Source of the DNA: Felis catus
Lineage: Eukaryota
Direction of reading: 5' to 3'
DNA: 64,000 bases
NCBI RefSeq assembly: GCF_018350175.1
Contig: NC_058383.1
Span: 16,432,001 to 16,496,000 of the forward strand
Part shown: positions 38,801 through 52,444 of the stretch, piece after piece
How the letters are laid out: each line of letters opens with the position of its first letter
Numbering within the stretch: the first letter of the stretch is position 1
Made by a program: the position numbers and the translations under genes
The notes under the pieces: generated by a model
What the model saw: only the letters and a program-made list of their open reading frames with translations
Told to the model about the DNA's origin: nothing
The model's database searches: none

Positions 38801-39197
38801 AGGGCTGCTTTGTCTCCCAGTATGTGACCTATTCTGGAGAATGTTCCATGTGCACTGGAGAATAATTTGTATTTCACTGCTGTAGGATGAAATGTTCTGT
38901 ATATATCTGTTAAGTCCATCTGGTTCAGTGTGTCATTCAAAGCCAAACAATGTCATTCATTGTTTTCTTGTTGATTTTCTGTTTAGATGATCTGTCCATT
39001 GCTATAAGTGTGGTGTGAAGTCCCCTACAGTTATGGTATTATTATCAATGAGTTTCTTTATGTTTGTGAATAATTGATGTATATATTTGGATGCTTTCAC
39101 ATTTGGAGCATAAATGTTTACAATTGATAGGTCTTCTTGGTGGATAGACCCATTAATTATGATATAATGCCTTTCTTCATCTCATGTTACGGTCTTT

Positions 39198-39407
39198 TTT
39201 TTTAAACGTTTATTTATTTTTGAGACAGAGAGAGACAGAGCATGAATGGGGGAGGGGAAGAGAGAGAGGGAGACACAGAATCTGAAACAGGCTCCAGGCT
39301 CTGAGCCATCAGCCCAGAGCCCGACATGGGGCTCGAACTCATGGACCGTGAGATCATGACCTGAGCTGAAGGCGGACGCTTAACCGACTGAGCCACCCAG
39401 GCGCCCC
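39198..39407 (-). mobile_element. Can-SINE
   Basis: TSD tcatgttac[g/a]gtcttt at 39182-39197 and 39408-39423. Confidence 0.95.
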
Positions 39408-42345
39408 TCATGTTACAGTCTTTATTTTAAAATCTAGATTGCCTGATATAAGTATGGCCACTCCAGATTTCTTTTGTTGACCATTAGCATGATAGATGGT
39501 TCTCCACCCCCTTATTTTCAATCTGAAGCTGTTTTTAGGTCTAACGTGGGTATCTTGTAAATAGCATATAGATGGATATTGTTTTCTTATCCATTCTGTT
39601 ACCCCATGTCTTTTGATTGGAGCATTGAGTCCAATGACGTTTAGAGTGAGTACTGAAAGATATGAATTTATACCATTATGTTGCCTGTAGAGTTGATGTT
39701 CCTGGTGGTATTCTCTGGTCCTTTCTAGTATTTGCTGCTTTTGGTAACTTTTTTTTTTTCATTTTTTTCTCCCCTCAGAGAGTCCCCCTTAAAATTTCTG
39801 GCCAGGCTGGTTTAATGGTCACAAACTCTTTTAATTTTTGTTTGTCTGGGAAAATTTTTATCTCTCCTTCTATTTTGAATGACAGCCTTGCTGGATAAAG
39901 AATTCTTGGCTGCATGTTTTTCTGATTCAGCACATTGAATATATCCTGCCACTCCTTTCTGGCCTGCCAAGTTTCTGTGGATAGGTCTGCTGCAAACCTG
40001 ATCTGTCTTCCCTTGTAGGTTAAGGACTTTTTTTCCCTTGCTGCTTTCATGATTCTCTCCTTGCCTGAGTATTTTGTGAATTTGACTATGACATGCCTTG
40101 TTGATGGTCAGTTTTTGTTGAATCTAATGGGAGTTCTCTGTGCTTCCTGGATTTTCATGTGTATGTCTTTCCCCAAGTTAATAAGTTTTCTGCTATGATT
40201 TGCTCATGTAAACCTTCTACCCCTATTTCTCTCTCTTCATCTTCTGGAGCTCTTATGAGTCTGATGTTATTCATTTTTAATGAGTCACTGAGTTCTCTAA
40301 TTCTTATTTCGTTCTCATTTGCATTAGTCTCCCTCTTTTTTTCTGTTTCAGTATTCTCCATAAGTTTGTCCTCTGTATTGCTGATTCGCTCCTTTGTTTC
40401 ATCCATCCTTGCCACTGTGGTGTCCATTCGAGATTACAGCTCAGTTATAGCAGTATAATTTTATTTTCATCCTGACTAGATTTTACTTCTTTTTTTTTCC
40501 ACAGAAGGGGATTCTAGTCTGTTTTCAACCCCAGATAGTATTCTTATTATCGTGATTCTAAACTTTGTTTCAGACATCTTGCTTGTATGTGTGTTGATGA
40601 AGTCCCTGGCTGTCATTTATTCCTGTTCTTTCTTTTGGGGTAAATTTCTTCCTTTCATCATTTTGAAGGAAAAAAGGAATTAATAAATTAAAAAAATTAA
40701 AATTAAAATTAAGAAATTAAAAACAACACAAAGAAATCAAATAAAGGATGATAGATCCTAGGTATGTTTTGGTCTTGTTGAAAAATACTTGATAGATCAG
40801 AAAAAAAAGGGGGAAAAAAGAAAAGAAAAAAGAGAACAAAAGAAGGAAATAGGTTGAAATTTTGAAAAAATGGATACAATAAAATAAATAAAATGAAATG
40901 ATGGAAGTAAATAGAATTTAAAAAATTTACAAAAAGGTAAAAAATATAGTAGGAAAAAATTAAAAATCTTTTTTAAAATATGGAAAATAAAAATAGTGTC
41001 TCTTTCTATACACAAGAATAAGAAAGAAAAGAAAAAGAAAAAGAAATTGAATAGATGGACCAATGAACAGAATCAAGTACAATTGAAATTACATCCGGTT
41101 TCCCCTAGAGGTCAAACTATGAAGCACTTTATAGTCTGTAAACTAAGCAGGTGGAGAGACTCTGTTCCTCAAGAGGGCAGTTGGCCCAGTTGTGCAGGGC
41201 TTAATGTAATGGCTCCGTTCTCCACTAGATGGCGTTGCTTAGCTTACTGGGGTGGATTGTTGTGGCACTTGTGGGTGTGTATGTGAATATGCCGGAGGGT
41301 GAAAATGGAGTCACCCAGCTACCCAGTGTCTCTTATCAGAACTCTGTGCTCTCCCCAACCTGCAATCAAGCACGTCTCCTTTGTCTCTGGCTTCCATCCA
41401 CCACCTGCTTCTACACTGTCTGTGACAAAGCCATCAGGCTGCCAGGTGGCACCTCCATCCTGAGTTTTATCTCAATGGGTCTGTTTCCCAACCCCTCACT
41501 TCTGAGGGACTGCAGCTTTGACTCATACCACCCTCTGGGGGAGGGTCTTGCTGAGCAATGGCCAGGTGCTGGTCTGTCCCCAGGAATGTTCATGAGACTG
41601 TGCCACTGCCTCTGCCCAGCAACTGTGGCCAGGTGCCAGCCCACCCCAGAATAAGTTCGTGTGATCATATAGCAACAGTGTTTCAAGGATTATGGCAAAT
41701 CACAACACACATCTGGCACCAGACTTCACCCTTAATGTCCTTGCTCCAACACCAGCAAATGTGGCCATTCTTTGGGTCCACTGGGACCTTTGTCTTTGTG
41801 GAGGCTGCACTGCTGCAAATGTCCTCCCAGCAGGGAACTGCCTCTCCCTGTGTGGCCCAAGGACCCCTTGGACCTCTCTTTCTGCTCCTAGGGATTTGTC
41901 TTTCACCCCAGAGCACCACCAGGTATCGACCTGCAGAGTTTCAGACTCTGGACTCCCCCTGTTTATAGAGTCTTAATGGAATTTAAACCCTCTATTTTCT
42001 CCTTTCTCCCTTTTTTTGTTCAGTCCCTTGTGGCTGTTTCCACTCTCCCTTTTTCTCTCCAGCTACTTTCCAGGTGTGCTTTGCCCATACTCTCCTCCTG
42101 CCCCCATTTTCATCTCTCCACAAGCAAAAACAGCTCCCTGCTCTCTGCGGCTTTTCTCTCCCCCAGTTCACCTCTCTGCACCACATACCTGCTGAGTTCT
42201 ATGGTTCAGGTTGTGCATATTGTGTTAATCCTCAAATCAGTTTTCTAGGTGTGCAAGAGGGTTTAGTGTTGATCTGGCTGCATTTAAGAGATGAGAGACA
42301 CACAAAAAAAACCTTCCATGCTGTTCTGCTGTCTTGGCCCCTCCC

Positions 42346-45300
42346 TTGTAGTTTTCTTCTTTAGTGGAGTCTTTATTTGATTTTGGTATCAGGCTAATGC
42401 TGGCCTCAGAGAATGAGTTTGGAGGTTTTCCTTTCTATTATATTTTCGGAATAGTTCGAAAAGAATAGGTACTAACTCTTTAAATGTTTGGTAGAATTCT
42501 CCTGGGAAGCCATTTGGCCCTGAAGTTTAGTTTGTTGGGAGTTTTCTGATTACTGTTGCAATTTCTTTGCTGGTTATATGTCTGTTCAAATTTTCTATTC
42601 TTTCCTGTTTCAGTGGTGGTAGATTATATGTTTCTAGTAATTTATACATTTCTTCCAGGTTGTCCAATTTGTTGGCATATAATGTTTCATAGTATTCTCT
42701 GATTATTGTATTTATGTGGTGTTGGTTGTTATTTCTTCCTTTTCATTTGTGATTTTATTTGGGTCCTTTCTCTTTTCTTTATGATAGGTCTGGCTAGGGG
42801 GTTATCTATTTTATTAAATTTTTCAATGAACCAGCTCCTGGTTTCATTGATCTGTTTAAAAATTTTTTAGTTTGTATATCATTTATTTTTGTTCCAATCT
42901 TTAGTATTTCTCTACTTCTGGCTTTAGGATTCATTTGTTGTCCTTTGGCTAGCTCCTTTAGGTGTAAGGTTTGGTTGTTTATTTGAGATTTTTCTTGCTT
43001 CTTAAGGTAGCCTTATATTGCCATATACTTTCCTCTTAGGAAAAGTATACTGCTTTTGCTGCATCCCAAAATTTTGGACCATGGTGTTTTCATTTTCATT
43101 TGTTTCCATGTATTTCTGTATTTACTCTTTGATTTCCTGTTTCATCCATTCATTATTTAGTAGCATGTTGTTTATCCTCCATGTATTTGGGCTCTTTCCA
43201 GATTTTTTTTTGTTGGGTTGACTTCACATTTTATGGTGTTGTGGTCAGAAAAGATGCAATGTATGATTTCAATGTTTTTGTATTTGTTGAGGCCCGATTT
43301 CTGACCTAATATGTGACCTATTCTGGAGAATGTTCCATGTTCACTTGAAAAGAATGTGTATTCTGATATTATAAAATGGCATGTTCTGAATATATCTGTG
43401 AAGTCCATCTGGTCCAGTGTGTCATTCAAAGCCATTGTTTCCTTATTGATTTTCTGTTTACATGATCTGTCCATTGGTAAGTGGAGTGTTAAAGTCCGCT
43501 ATGATTTTGGTATTATTATTGATTAGTTCCTTTATGTTTATTACACATATATATTTGAGTGTTACCATGTCAGGTGCATAAATATTTATAATTGTTATAT
43601 CTCCTTGTTGGATTATACCTTTTATGATTATATAGTGCCCTTTCTTGTGTCTTGTTACAGTATGTTTTAAAGTCTAGTGTGTCCAATGCAAGTATTACTA
43701 CTCTTTCTTTTGACATCCATCTGCATGATAAATATTTCTTTCTCCCCTCATTTTCAGTCTGCACGTGACCTTAGCTATAAAATGAATCTCTTGTAGGCAG
43801 CATATAGATGAGTCTTTTTTTTAAAAAAATATACTCTCACACTCTATGTCTCTTTATTGGAGCATTTAATCCATTTACTTTCCAAGTAATTATTGATAGA
43901 TAAGTATTTAGTGCCATTGTATTACTTGTCATTGTGTCTGGAGATTTTTTTTCCGACCCTTTCTTGTCTTTTCCACCTTTTATGATCCATTCTTGGCTGC
44001 GGATTTTACCCATTCAGCACTTTGAACGTATCATGTCACTCCCTTCTGGCTTGTAAAGTTTCTGCTGAAAAATTTCCTGCTAGTCTTATGGACTTTTTCT
44101 TGTTAGTTACTGTTTTCTTTTGTCTTGCTTCTTTAAATTTGTTCTTTATCATTGTATTTTGCCAATTTAATTACAATAGGTTTTGCTTCTGGTCTGGTTT
44201 TATTGATTTTGATGACAGTTCTCCATGCCTCTTTGATCTGGAGAGGTGTATTTTTTTCCCCACATTAGGGGAGTTTTCAGCTATTATTTCTTCAAATAAA
44301 TTTTCTGCCTCCCTTTGTCTCTTCTGCTTTTGGGATTCCTATACTGTGGATGTTATTATGTTTGGTGGAGTCACTGAGTTTCCTAAGTCTATTCTCCTTT
44401 TGCACAATTCTTTTTCTCTCTTTTGTTCAGCTTGGTTACCTTCCATTACTCTATCTTCTAGGTCACTAATTTGTTCCTCTGCTTCTTTCATCCTGCTGTT
44501 CATTCCATTAAGCATGTTTCTTACTTAGTTTATTGTGTCCTTTATTTCTTCTCTTTGTTCCTTATATCTTTGTTAAGAGTTTTACTCATGTATTGCACTC
44601 TTTTCTCAATTCCAGTGAATCTTCCTGATCATTACTTTAAATTCTCTATCAGGCATGCTCTTTTTATCTGTCCCACTTTGATTTTGCTGTTGCCTTGTCC
44701 TATTCTTTCAGTTGGGTAAATTTATTTGTCTCCTGATTTTGTCTGCCTCTCTGTGTCTGTTTGTGTGTGTTAAGAATGTCAGTTATGTCTTCTGCTCTTG
44801 AAAGTAGTGACTTTATGAAGAAGAGGTCCCGGAGTGATTTGCTGTGCAGTGTCTCCTATGCACCAGAACCTGGTACTTCAGGAGAATTATCCTTTGTGTG
44901 TTGCTTACATCCTGCTTTTGTGTCTGAACCACTCTTCCTTTCAGTTCAGTCATCTGCATTGACTCTCTGCCTATTGTGGACTGTATTTATTCTCTGTGGC
45001 ATTAGTGGGACCGAGACAGGGCAGCTCTTAAGGGTTCTGTCTGCTGGGGAACATGGGGGTGGGGCGGCAGTTTTAGCAAATTTGCCTGGTGCCACTAGTC
45101 CTATGCTGGATCCTTCAAAGTGCTGGGGTGTTGGGGGACTGGGCATTAGGGTGGGAAGTTGTGTGAGACTGAGCACAGCATATGGTGATATTTGGGCATG
45201 GCTTGCTCAGGATGTGCACCCAGTAGCTGGGTGGGGCTTGTATGCAGCTTGACAAAATTTTCCCTGGGCCCAGGGCTGAGGCTAGCAGGCTTGGAGTGTG

Positions 45301-45985
45301 AGTGTCCTCAGGAGAATTTGTGGGCATGGCACATTGCTAGCAAGTTATTTAGCTAGTGTCTGTGCAGCATGGCCTCCTGCAGATGGCCCTATGTTTATGT
45401 TGGCAGCTGGGGAAGGCAAGTGGCACCTGCCATCTCCTTTGTCTTTGGTGAAGTCCCCTAACATGCTCTGAATAAGTATAAACAGCTGTGTCTCCTGTTT
45501 GCCCCTGGTGTATAAATTGCCATTTTTTATGTTGCTTCTATGCACAGGCTGCTGTCTCTTTAAAGGCAACGACATAGCTATCACTAGCCCTCTGGGCTCA
45601 CCCAGTGCTGAGCCAGCCAGCAGTTAAAGGTCCAGGTTCCAAGTTCCACTGGTTACACAAACTCAAGAATTCAACCCCTCTGGTTTTTAAAACTGAACTT
45701 TATGGGGATTTGTCTTCCCTGTGTGAACTCCCTGGTGCAAGGGCCTATTTCTCTACCCTCCTGCATATGCAGCTCCCTTCCTCCTGTGGGAAGTCTCCCT
45801 CCATCATTCTGGCCTGCCTAACCTTTCAGATGCAGCCTCTTCTCTGTATTTAGCTGTGGAGTTTGTTCTGCCAATCTTTGGATCACTCTCTCGTTTATTG
45901 ACTTGGATGTAGATGATATATATTTGTAAACATGGGATGTAGTGAGCTCAGGGTCCTCCTACTATGTCATCTTCCCAAGCTCCCC
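42346..45985 (-). mobile_element. Carnivore L1 (host), 5' half: ORF2 N-terminal part, ORF1 and 5'UTR
   Basis: Resumes the ORF2 sequence broken at 34590; 5' end gggggagcttgggaagatgac on the minus strand. Confidence 0.9.
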
Positions 45986-46077
45986 CATATTAGCTATTTA
46001 TTAAGTGGTGAAAAGACAGACTATAGATGTTATTAATCTTTTATACTAATATGTTGAAATAACCTTTTTTTCCCCAG

Positions 46078-46264
46078 CTACCAACCTATAGTTGAATATG
46101 TAGATGCTCAATTTGAGGCCTATCTTCAAGAAGAATTGAAAATTAAACGTTCCTTCATTGACTACCATGATTCCCGTATACATGTGTGCCTTTACTTCAT
46201 TTCACCTACAGGACATTCTTTGAAGTCCATTGATCTATTAACTATGAAGAACATTGACAATAAG
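46078..46264 (+). CDS. SEPTIN14: SEPTIN14 coding exon 4 ([62 protein letters not shown])
   Basis: tttccccag acceptor, 187 nt, AAG/gtgtgt donor. Septin motif DxRxHxCLYFIxPTGHSLK. Confidence 0.97.
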
Positions 46265-46404
46265 GTGTGTTAGGTAAATCCATTAACCTGTCAGGATTTG
46301 ATTATTATTTTATGATAATATATAATTTGAAGGTATTTGCATACAAGAATTTATTATTTTTTAATATGTTTAATATATTTAAAATATGTTTAATATGTTA
46401 AAAA

Positions 46405-46794
46405 GGATAGCATTACAACATGCCACAAACTTAGTAGTTTAAACAACAGAAGTTAATTTTCTCACAGTAATGGAAAGTAGAAGTCCATGATGAAGATGCT
46501 GCCAACATTGTTTTCTTCTGAAACCTTTTTTATTGAGTGGTAGACCATCACCTTCCCAATGTATCTTCACATGTTCTGTACTCTGTGCACGTATCTGATG
46601 TCTTTTTGTTGTATGTCTATGTTTCCTCTTCTTTTAAGGATACCAGTTACATTGTATTAGCCCCTATTCTAATGGCTTTATTTTAACTTAATCACCTCTT
46701 TCAAGATTCTCCAAATACAGTCTTGTTCTGAGATATTGGGTGTTAGGACCTCAACATATGCATTAAGGGAGGAATGATACATTCAGCCCATAAT
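46405..46794. mobile_element. MaLR solo LTR (MLT1A-like)
   Basis: ccacaaacttagtagtttaaacaacagaa..ctcacagt..ttttaaggataccagt..ttttaacttaatcacctcttt..acattcagcccataata. Confidence 0.82.
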
Positions 46795-48682
46795 AGCATT
46801 TGATAAATTTCAACCTTAGTTTGCTTTACAGATAAATTTAATTAAGTATGTGTTAGGAAAATAAGATACAGGTTAAAAAATATTTTTAAAAAACTTACAG
46901 GTTTTTTCTTGTGATTAAAGATCATACAGATTGTGGTAATTTGCCTGTATTTGTAAATTTGAATTTATTCTATTGTACTATAAAACAATCCCATTAACAT
47001 TTACTTGACACCATTGATTGTGTGAAACATGAAGTTTTTATGACCCTGGCTAGTGATCCTACCAGAGGGATTCAGAATGCAGTATGTTCATGTATATTTT
47101 TTCCAATAGAAGGTAAATATACATATGAAAGAAACTTCTATTTCATGAGATTCTTTTCTGTACTTTATGAAGTTGAAGAGAGAAGAACTTTTAAAATTTG
47201 GCTTCTTTTTATCAAAGAAGGCCTGACTTTTGCTATATATTGTTCAAACTGGAAAGAAATTTTGTACCTAATCATATATGTCACCAAGTTGTTGAAAGAA
47301 GTTAGATTTTTACTTAAAATCAAGAGCTGACCTAATTTCTTTATTATTAGTGTATTCAATAGCCTGAGGCACAAAGTTTTATTTTTAATCTTATGGGTAG
47401 CTGTTATCATCAAAGAATTTCCAGATATAGAAAATTGCTATTTTTTTCCGCAAGGACATTACATAAAGGGGTGGGTAACCATGCCTATGTGTCTGTTGTC
47501 TTCTAGGTTGCTCAGTTCCCTTCTGCAATAAGTGACCTTCATTCCTCAAATCTGAACACCTAACAAATTAACATGGAAAATTTCCACTTGTTATGTGTTA
47601 AGGATTTACTATCATTAGAGGATAGCTTTCTCAGCAGTATAATCCAAGATATTTATGTTAGACTTGAATCTATCTTAGTAGTTGTCTGTTTTTTACCGTG
47701 GAAACTATTATTTAAGTTTCGAAAGCTAGATAAAAATTTGAACATCAATGTTATATTGAAGCCCTAGATTTGTACAAGGATTTTTTAAAATGTATTTTGA
47801 AGAATCTAAAACAAAAGCAAAATACATAGAACTGATTCTTATGCATTCACACTATATCACAAGCCTTGACATTATGTAGCTATGATTTAATAAAATATCT
47901 TAGTTTAACAGTAATAAAACATGTTTTAGAATTTTGCATATTTTTACTTTCTGCAAAGTTTAATTATTAAGATATAAATGCATGGAGACAGGAGGGTTTA
48001 TGTTGTAGAACTATGAAGAAAAGTTTATGAATAAAATTTCAACCTCAAATATGCAATATGGAAATAGTGCCTTTTTAAAAAATATGAATGAAGAGTTTTG
48101 TGAGCAAGATATTACACAAATGTATACATACATTCAGCCTTTAGAGTATGGTAACAAAAAAAGTCTATTATTTTTACGTGGTCTTTGGAAAACAGAAGCA
48201 AATATATCTGCAAAGACATGTAGGTAGATCAAGGATCTGTGAAAATGGGACATTGATTAAGATGAATTTATGAAGAAGGTGATGCAAATGAATGACAGGT
48301 AGATGGACAAAATAAATCTCATATATAGTTTTGATGAAAGGTCTCTTCTGTCTTTTAGCACTCAGTTTAATAAGAAATCAAATCGATAATGAGTTAAATA
48401 GACTATTTCATTATACCACTTATATTTTACTAACTCCAAATGTGTTGAAAGTATAAGAAAGTTTGAGAAAAAAAGTTTGAAACTTTTAAACCTGAATTCT
48501 GAGAAAAGATTCATCTTCAAAAGTACTGATGATTTTGGGAAGCAATTTTGTGATGAAGGTATGGTAGCCACTGATTATCTAGTTGTAAAAATTTATTGTC
48601 ACAGTGAGGTTTTGACTGTAAAAATTCCAGGATTAACAACACATCCTCAATGGTGATATTTTATTTGCTTCTTTATTTACAG

Positions 48683-48844
48683 GTGAACATTATACCATTG
48701 ATTGCCAAAGCAGATACAATTTCTAAAAACGACTTACAGAAATTCAAGTGTAAAATAGTGAGTGAATTGGTTAGTAATGGCATCCAGATATATCAGTTCC
48801 CAACAGATGATGAAACTACTGCTCAGGTGAATTCCTCAATGAAT
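48683..48844 (+). CDS. SEPTIN14: SEPTIN14 coding exon 5 ([54 protein letters not shown])
   Basis: tttacag acceptor, 162 nt, AAT/gtaagc donor. G4 motif AKAD. The gene continues past the window end. Confidence 0.97.
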
Positions 48845-49002
48845 GTAAGCTTCTAACTATTGAATATCATTTCTATTTTGTGTGGGAATAAAAATATAAT
48901 TTATAAGTAACAATATTAGTAATAAATTGTCACTCGTATCTGACAAAGAGACTTTAAATAAGGCATTTTCCCCCAAAATTTATTGTGGGAAACCTTGCCT
49001 TG

Positions 49003-49075
49003 TCTTCCCTTCCCCTCCGGTCTTCCCTTCCCTTCCCTTCCCTTCCCTTCCCTTCCCTTCCCTTCTTCTCTTCTC
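49003..49075 (+). repeat. (CCTTC)n pyrimidine microsatellite
   Basis: Read directly from the sequence. Confidence 0.9.
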
Positions 49076-49139
49076 CCACCTGTCAGACCTTGCCACCGAT
49101 GCTAAGCAACTACTAATCAACTCTCTATGTAGATTTTTT

Positions 49140-50595
49140 TGTTATGGAATTAGCATATGAATAAATTTAATAATATTTGGTCTCTTCGTGTACATATTGG
49201 CTATTAGTATGTCTTCCCATGAGAAATGTTTGCTTATATCCTTTTTACAAGGATTGGAAAATGGAAAAAAACATCCATTTTTTAATTGAGGTTTTGTCTT
49301 TTTTATCATTGAATTGTAAGTTTTTTTTATATGTTCTGGATACAAGTTCCTTATGAGAAATATGGCTTGCAAGTACTTTCTTCCAAGCTGTTGGTCATTT
49401 CCTCACTTTCTTTTTGCTATCATTTGAAACACAAAAGGTTTAATTTTGATGAAGTCCAATTTATGTAATTTTGTTATTGTTACTTGTATCTTTGGTGTCA
49501 TATCTAAGAATATTTTGCAAAACCCAATGTAATAAATATTTACCTTCTTCTAAGAGTTTAAAAATTATGGTAAAATACACATAGCATGAAAATTACCATC
49601 TTAAATATTCTACACTGTACAGTGGAGTTGTATTATACATTCACATTTTTGTGCTCCCATCACCATTATCTATTTACAGAACCCTTTTCATCTTGTAAAA
49701 CTGAAGCCCTGTATCTAAGAAACAGTAATTCCACATTACCCTTCCCTTTAGCCCCTGGAAACCACCACTGTACTTTCTATCTATAAATTTGACTACTCAA
49801 GGTACTTCCTGAAAACACAATTATATAATATTTGTCCTTTAATGGATGTACAAATAACTCTTTGAATTACTTTGAATATATTCCAAGAAGTGGAATTGTT
49901 AGATTTTATGGTAATTATATGTTTAGTTTTTTTTTGAAGAACTGTCATACTGTTTTCATAGTGTCTGCACTATTTTTCATTATCAACTATAGTGTACAAG
50001 GATTCCAGTTTCTCTACATCCTAACCAATGCTTGTTATTTTCTATTTTTTTTAAATAGCTAATCTTAATGGATATGAAGTGGCATCTCATTGTAGTTTTT
50101 ATTTGAATTTTCCTAATGATTATGTATGTTAAGCATCTTTTATTGTGCTTTTGGTATTTATATACTTTCAGTGGAGAAATATGTACATTTCCATCCTATT
50201 TAGTTGTCTAATTTGTTGGTGTTCAGTTGTTCATAATATTCATTTATAATTATTTTTATTTCTGAAATGTTGGTAGTAATGTGTCTCTTTCATTTCTGAT
50301 TCTAATAATTTGAATCTCCTTTTTTACCTTGGTTGATAGAGCTAAAGTTTGGTCAATTTTGTTGTTTTTTTCCCCGAAGAACCCACTTTAAATTTCTTTG
50401 ATTTTCCTATATCTTATTATTCCTTATGTCATTAATTCCCAATGTAACCAGTATTATTTTCTTCCTTCTGTCTGCTTTAGGTTTAGCTCTTTCTTCTTTT
50501 GTAACTGTCTTAAAATGAATGGTTAATTTGTGGATTTGACGTCTATCTTCTTTCTTTATAGGGATTTATGGCTATAAATTTCCATCTAGTCATTG
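49140..50595 (-). mobile_element. Mosaic of old L1M fragments
   Basis: Diverged ORF2 C-terminal, 3'UTR and linker pieces. Confidence 0.7.
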
Positions 50596-50599
50596 CTTT

Positions 50600-51742
50600 G
50601 GCTACCTCACACAATTTTTTTAGTATTTTTATTGTATTTTATTATTATTTTTATTGTTTTTATTTTAATTTCAGCATATTTAACATATAGTGTTCTATTA
50701 GCTTCAGGTGTACAATATAGTGATTCAACAACTCCATTCATCACCCAGAGCTCATCAGGACAAGTGTACTCCTTCATCCCCATCGCCTATTTAACCCATC
50801 CACTACCCAACTCTCCTCTGGTAACCATCAGTTTGTTCTCTATAATTAAGAGTCTCCTTCTTGGTTTCTTCCTCCCTCTTTTTTCCCTTTGCTCATTTGT
50901 TTTGTTTCTTAAATTTCACATTAATGAAATCATATGGTATTTGTCTTTCTCTGATTTATTTCACTTCTCATTATACTCTCTAGCTCCATCCATGTTATTG
51001 CAAATGGCAAGATTTCATTCTTTTTTATGCCTGAAAATATTCCATTGTATATATGTATATATGTGTATATGTATATCTCTATCATTTACCTATCATCCAT
51101 CTATTGTCTACATATCTATCACTTGCTCTTTATTCATCAATCGATGGACACTTGGGCTTCTTTCAAATCTTGACTATTATAAACAATGCTGCTATAAACA
51201 TTGGGGTGCATATATCTCTTTGAATTAGTATTTTAGTATTCCTTGAGTAAATACCTTGTAGTGTGATTACTGATAAGTGTGATTAAATTTTTGAGGAACC
51301 TCCATACCATTTTCCACCATGGCTGAATCACTGCATTCTCACCAAACAGTGCACAAGTATTCCTTTTTTTCCACATACTTGCCAACACTTGTTTCTGACA
51401 GGTGTGAGATAATATACCATTGTAGTTTCGATTTGCATTTCCCTGATGAATGATGTTGAGCATCTTTTCATGTGTCTGTTGACTATCTGAGTGTTTTCTT
51501 TGGAGAAATGTCTGTTCATATATTCTGTCCATTTTTAATTAGATTATTTGTTTTCTTGGGTGTTGAGTTTTATAAGTCCTTTATATAATTTGGATACTAA
51601 ACCTTTAGCAGATATGTCATTTGCAAATATCTTCTCCAATTCTGTAGCTTGGCTGTCAGTTTTATTCTTTTCTTTCTTGTACAGAAGCTTTTTATTTTTT
51701 AATTTTTATTTTATTAAAAACTTGTTTTTAATGTTTATTTTT

Positions 51743-51773
<31 letters not shown>

Positions 51774-52444
51774 CGAGCAGCGGAAGGGCAGATAGAGGGA
51801 GACACATAATCTGAAGCAGGCTCCAGGGTTGAGTTGTCAGGGTAGAGCCCCACGCAGGGCTCAAACTCACAGACTGCAAGATCATGACCTGAGCCAAAGT
51901 CAATAGCTTAATCGACTAAGACATCCAGGTGTCCCTGCAGAAAGTCTTTATTATGAGGTAGTCCTACTAGATTATTTTTGCTTTTATTTCCCTTGCTTCA
52001 GAGGACATATCTAGACAAATGTTGCTATGGCCCATGTCAGAGAAATTATTGTCTATGCTGCCTTCTTGTTTTATGGTTTCAGGTCTCACGTTTAAATCTT
52101 TAGTCCATTTTGGGGCACCTGGGTGGCTCAGTTGGTTAAATGGCTGACTTCAGCTCAGGTCATAATCTCATGGTCCGTGAGTTCGAGTCCTATGTTGGGC
52201 TCTGTGTTGACAACTCGGAGCCTGGAGCCAGCTTTGGACTCTGTGTCTCCCTCTTTCTCTGCTCCTCCGCTGCTTGTGCTCCGTCAGTCTCTGTCTCTCA
52301 AAAAAAATGTTTAAAACATTTTTTTAAATCTTTAGTCCATTTTGAATTTATTTTTATGCATGGTGTAAGAAAGTGGACCAGTATCATTCTTTTGCATATA
52401 GCTGTTCACTTTTCCAAACACCAGTTGCTGAAGAGACTATCGTT
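50600..52444 (-). mobile_element. Carnivore L1 (host) 3' part; contains SINEs ~51700-51935 (-) and 52112-52325 (+)
   Basis: 3'UTR and ORF2 C-terminus. The + SINE has the 18-bp TSD aaatctttagtccatttt (52094-52111 and 52326-52343). Confidence 0.9.

Larger units (their letters stand above)
35040..42345 (-). mobile_element. Full-length felid L1 nested in the host L1; ORFs disrupted
   Basis: 5' end gggaggggccaagacagc at 42345; ORF1 and ORF2 fragments; 3'UTR and tail near 35040-35075; (TG)n at 35403-35450. Confidence 0.95.

Noticed and set aside
16535..48844. SEPT14 processed pseudogene or SEPT10
   Set aside because: Introns are present, phases are compatible and there are no stops in 240 codons. 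The N-terminus and GHFGFECLP fit SEPT14.
50593..51228. Hydrophobic 211-aa ORF as a membrane protein (also 2269-2815 and 44022-44528)
   Set aside because: These are frames over T-rich L1 sequence; the hydrophobicity is a composition artefact.
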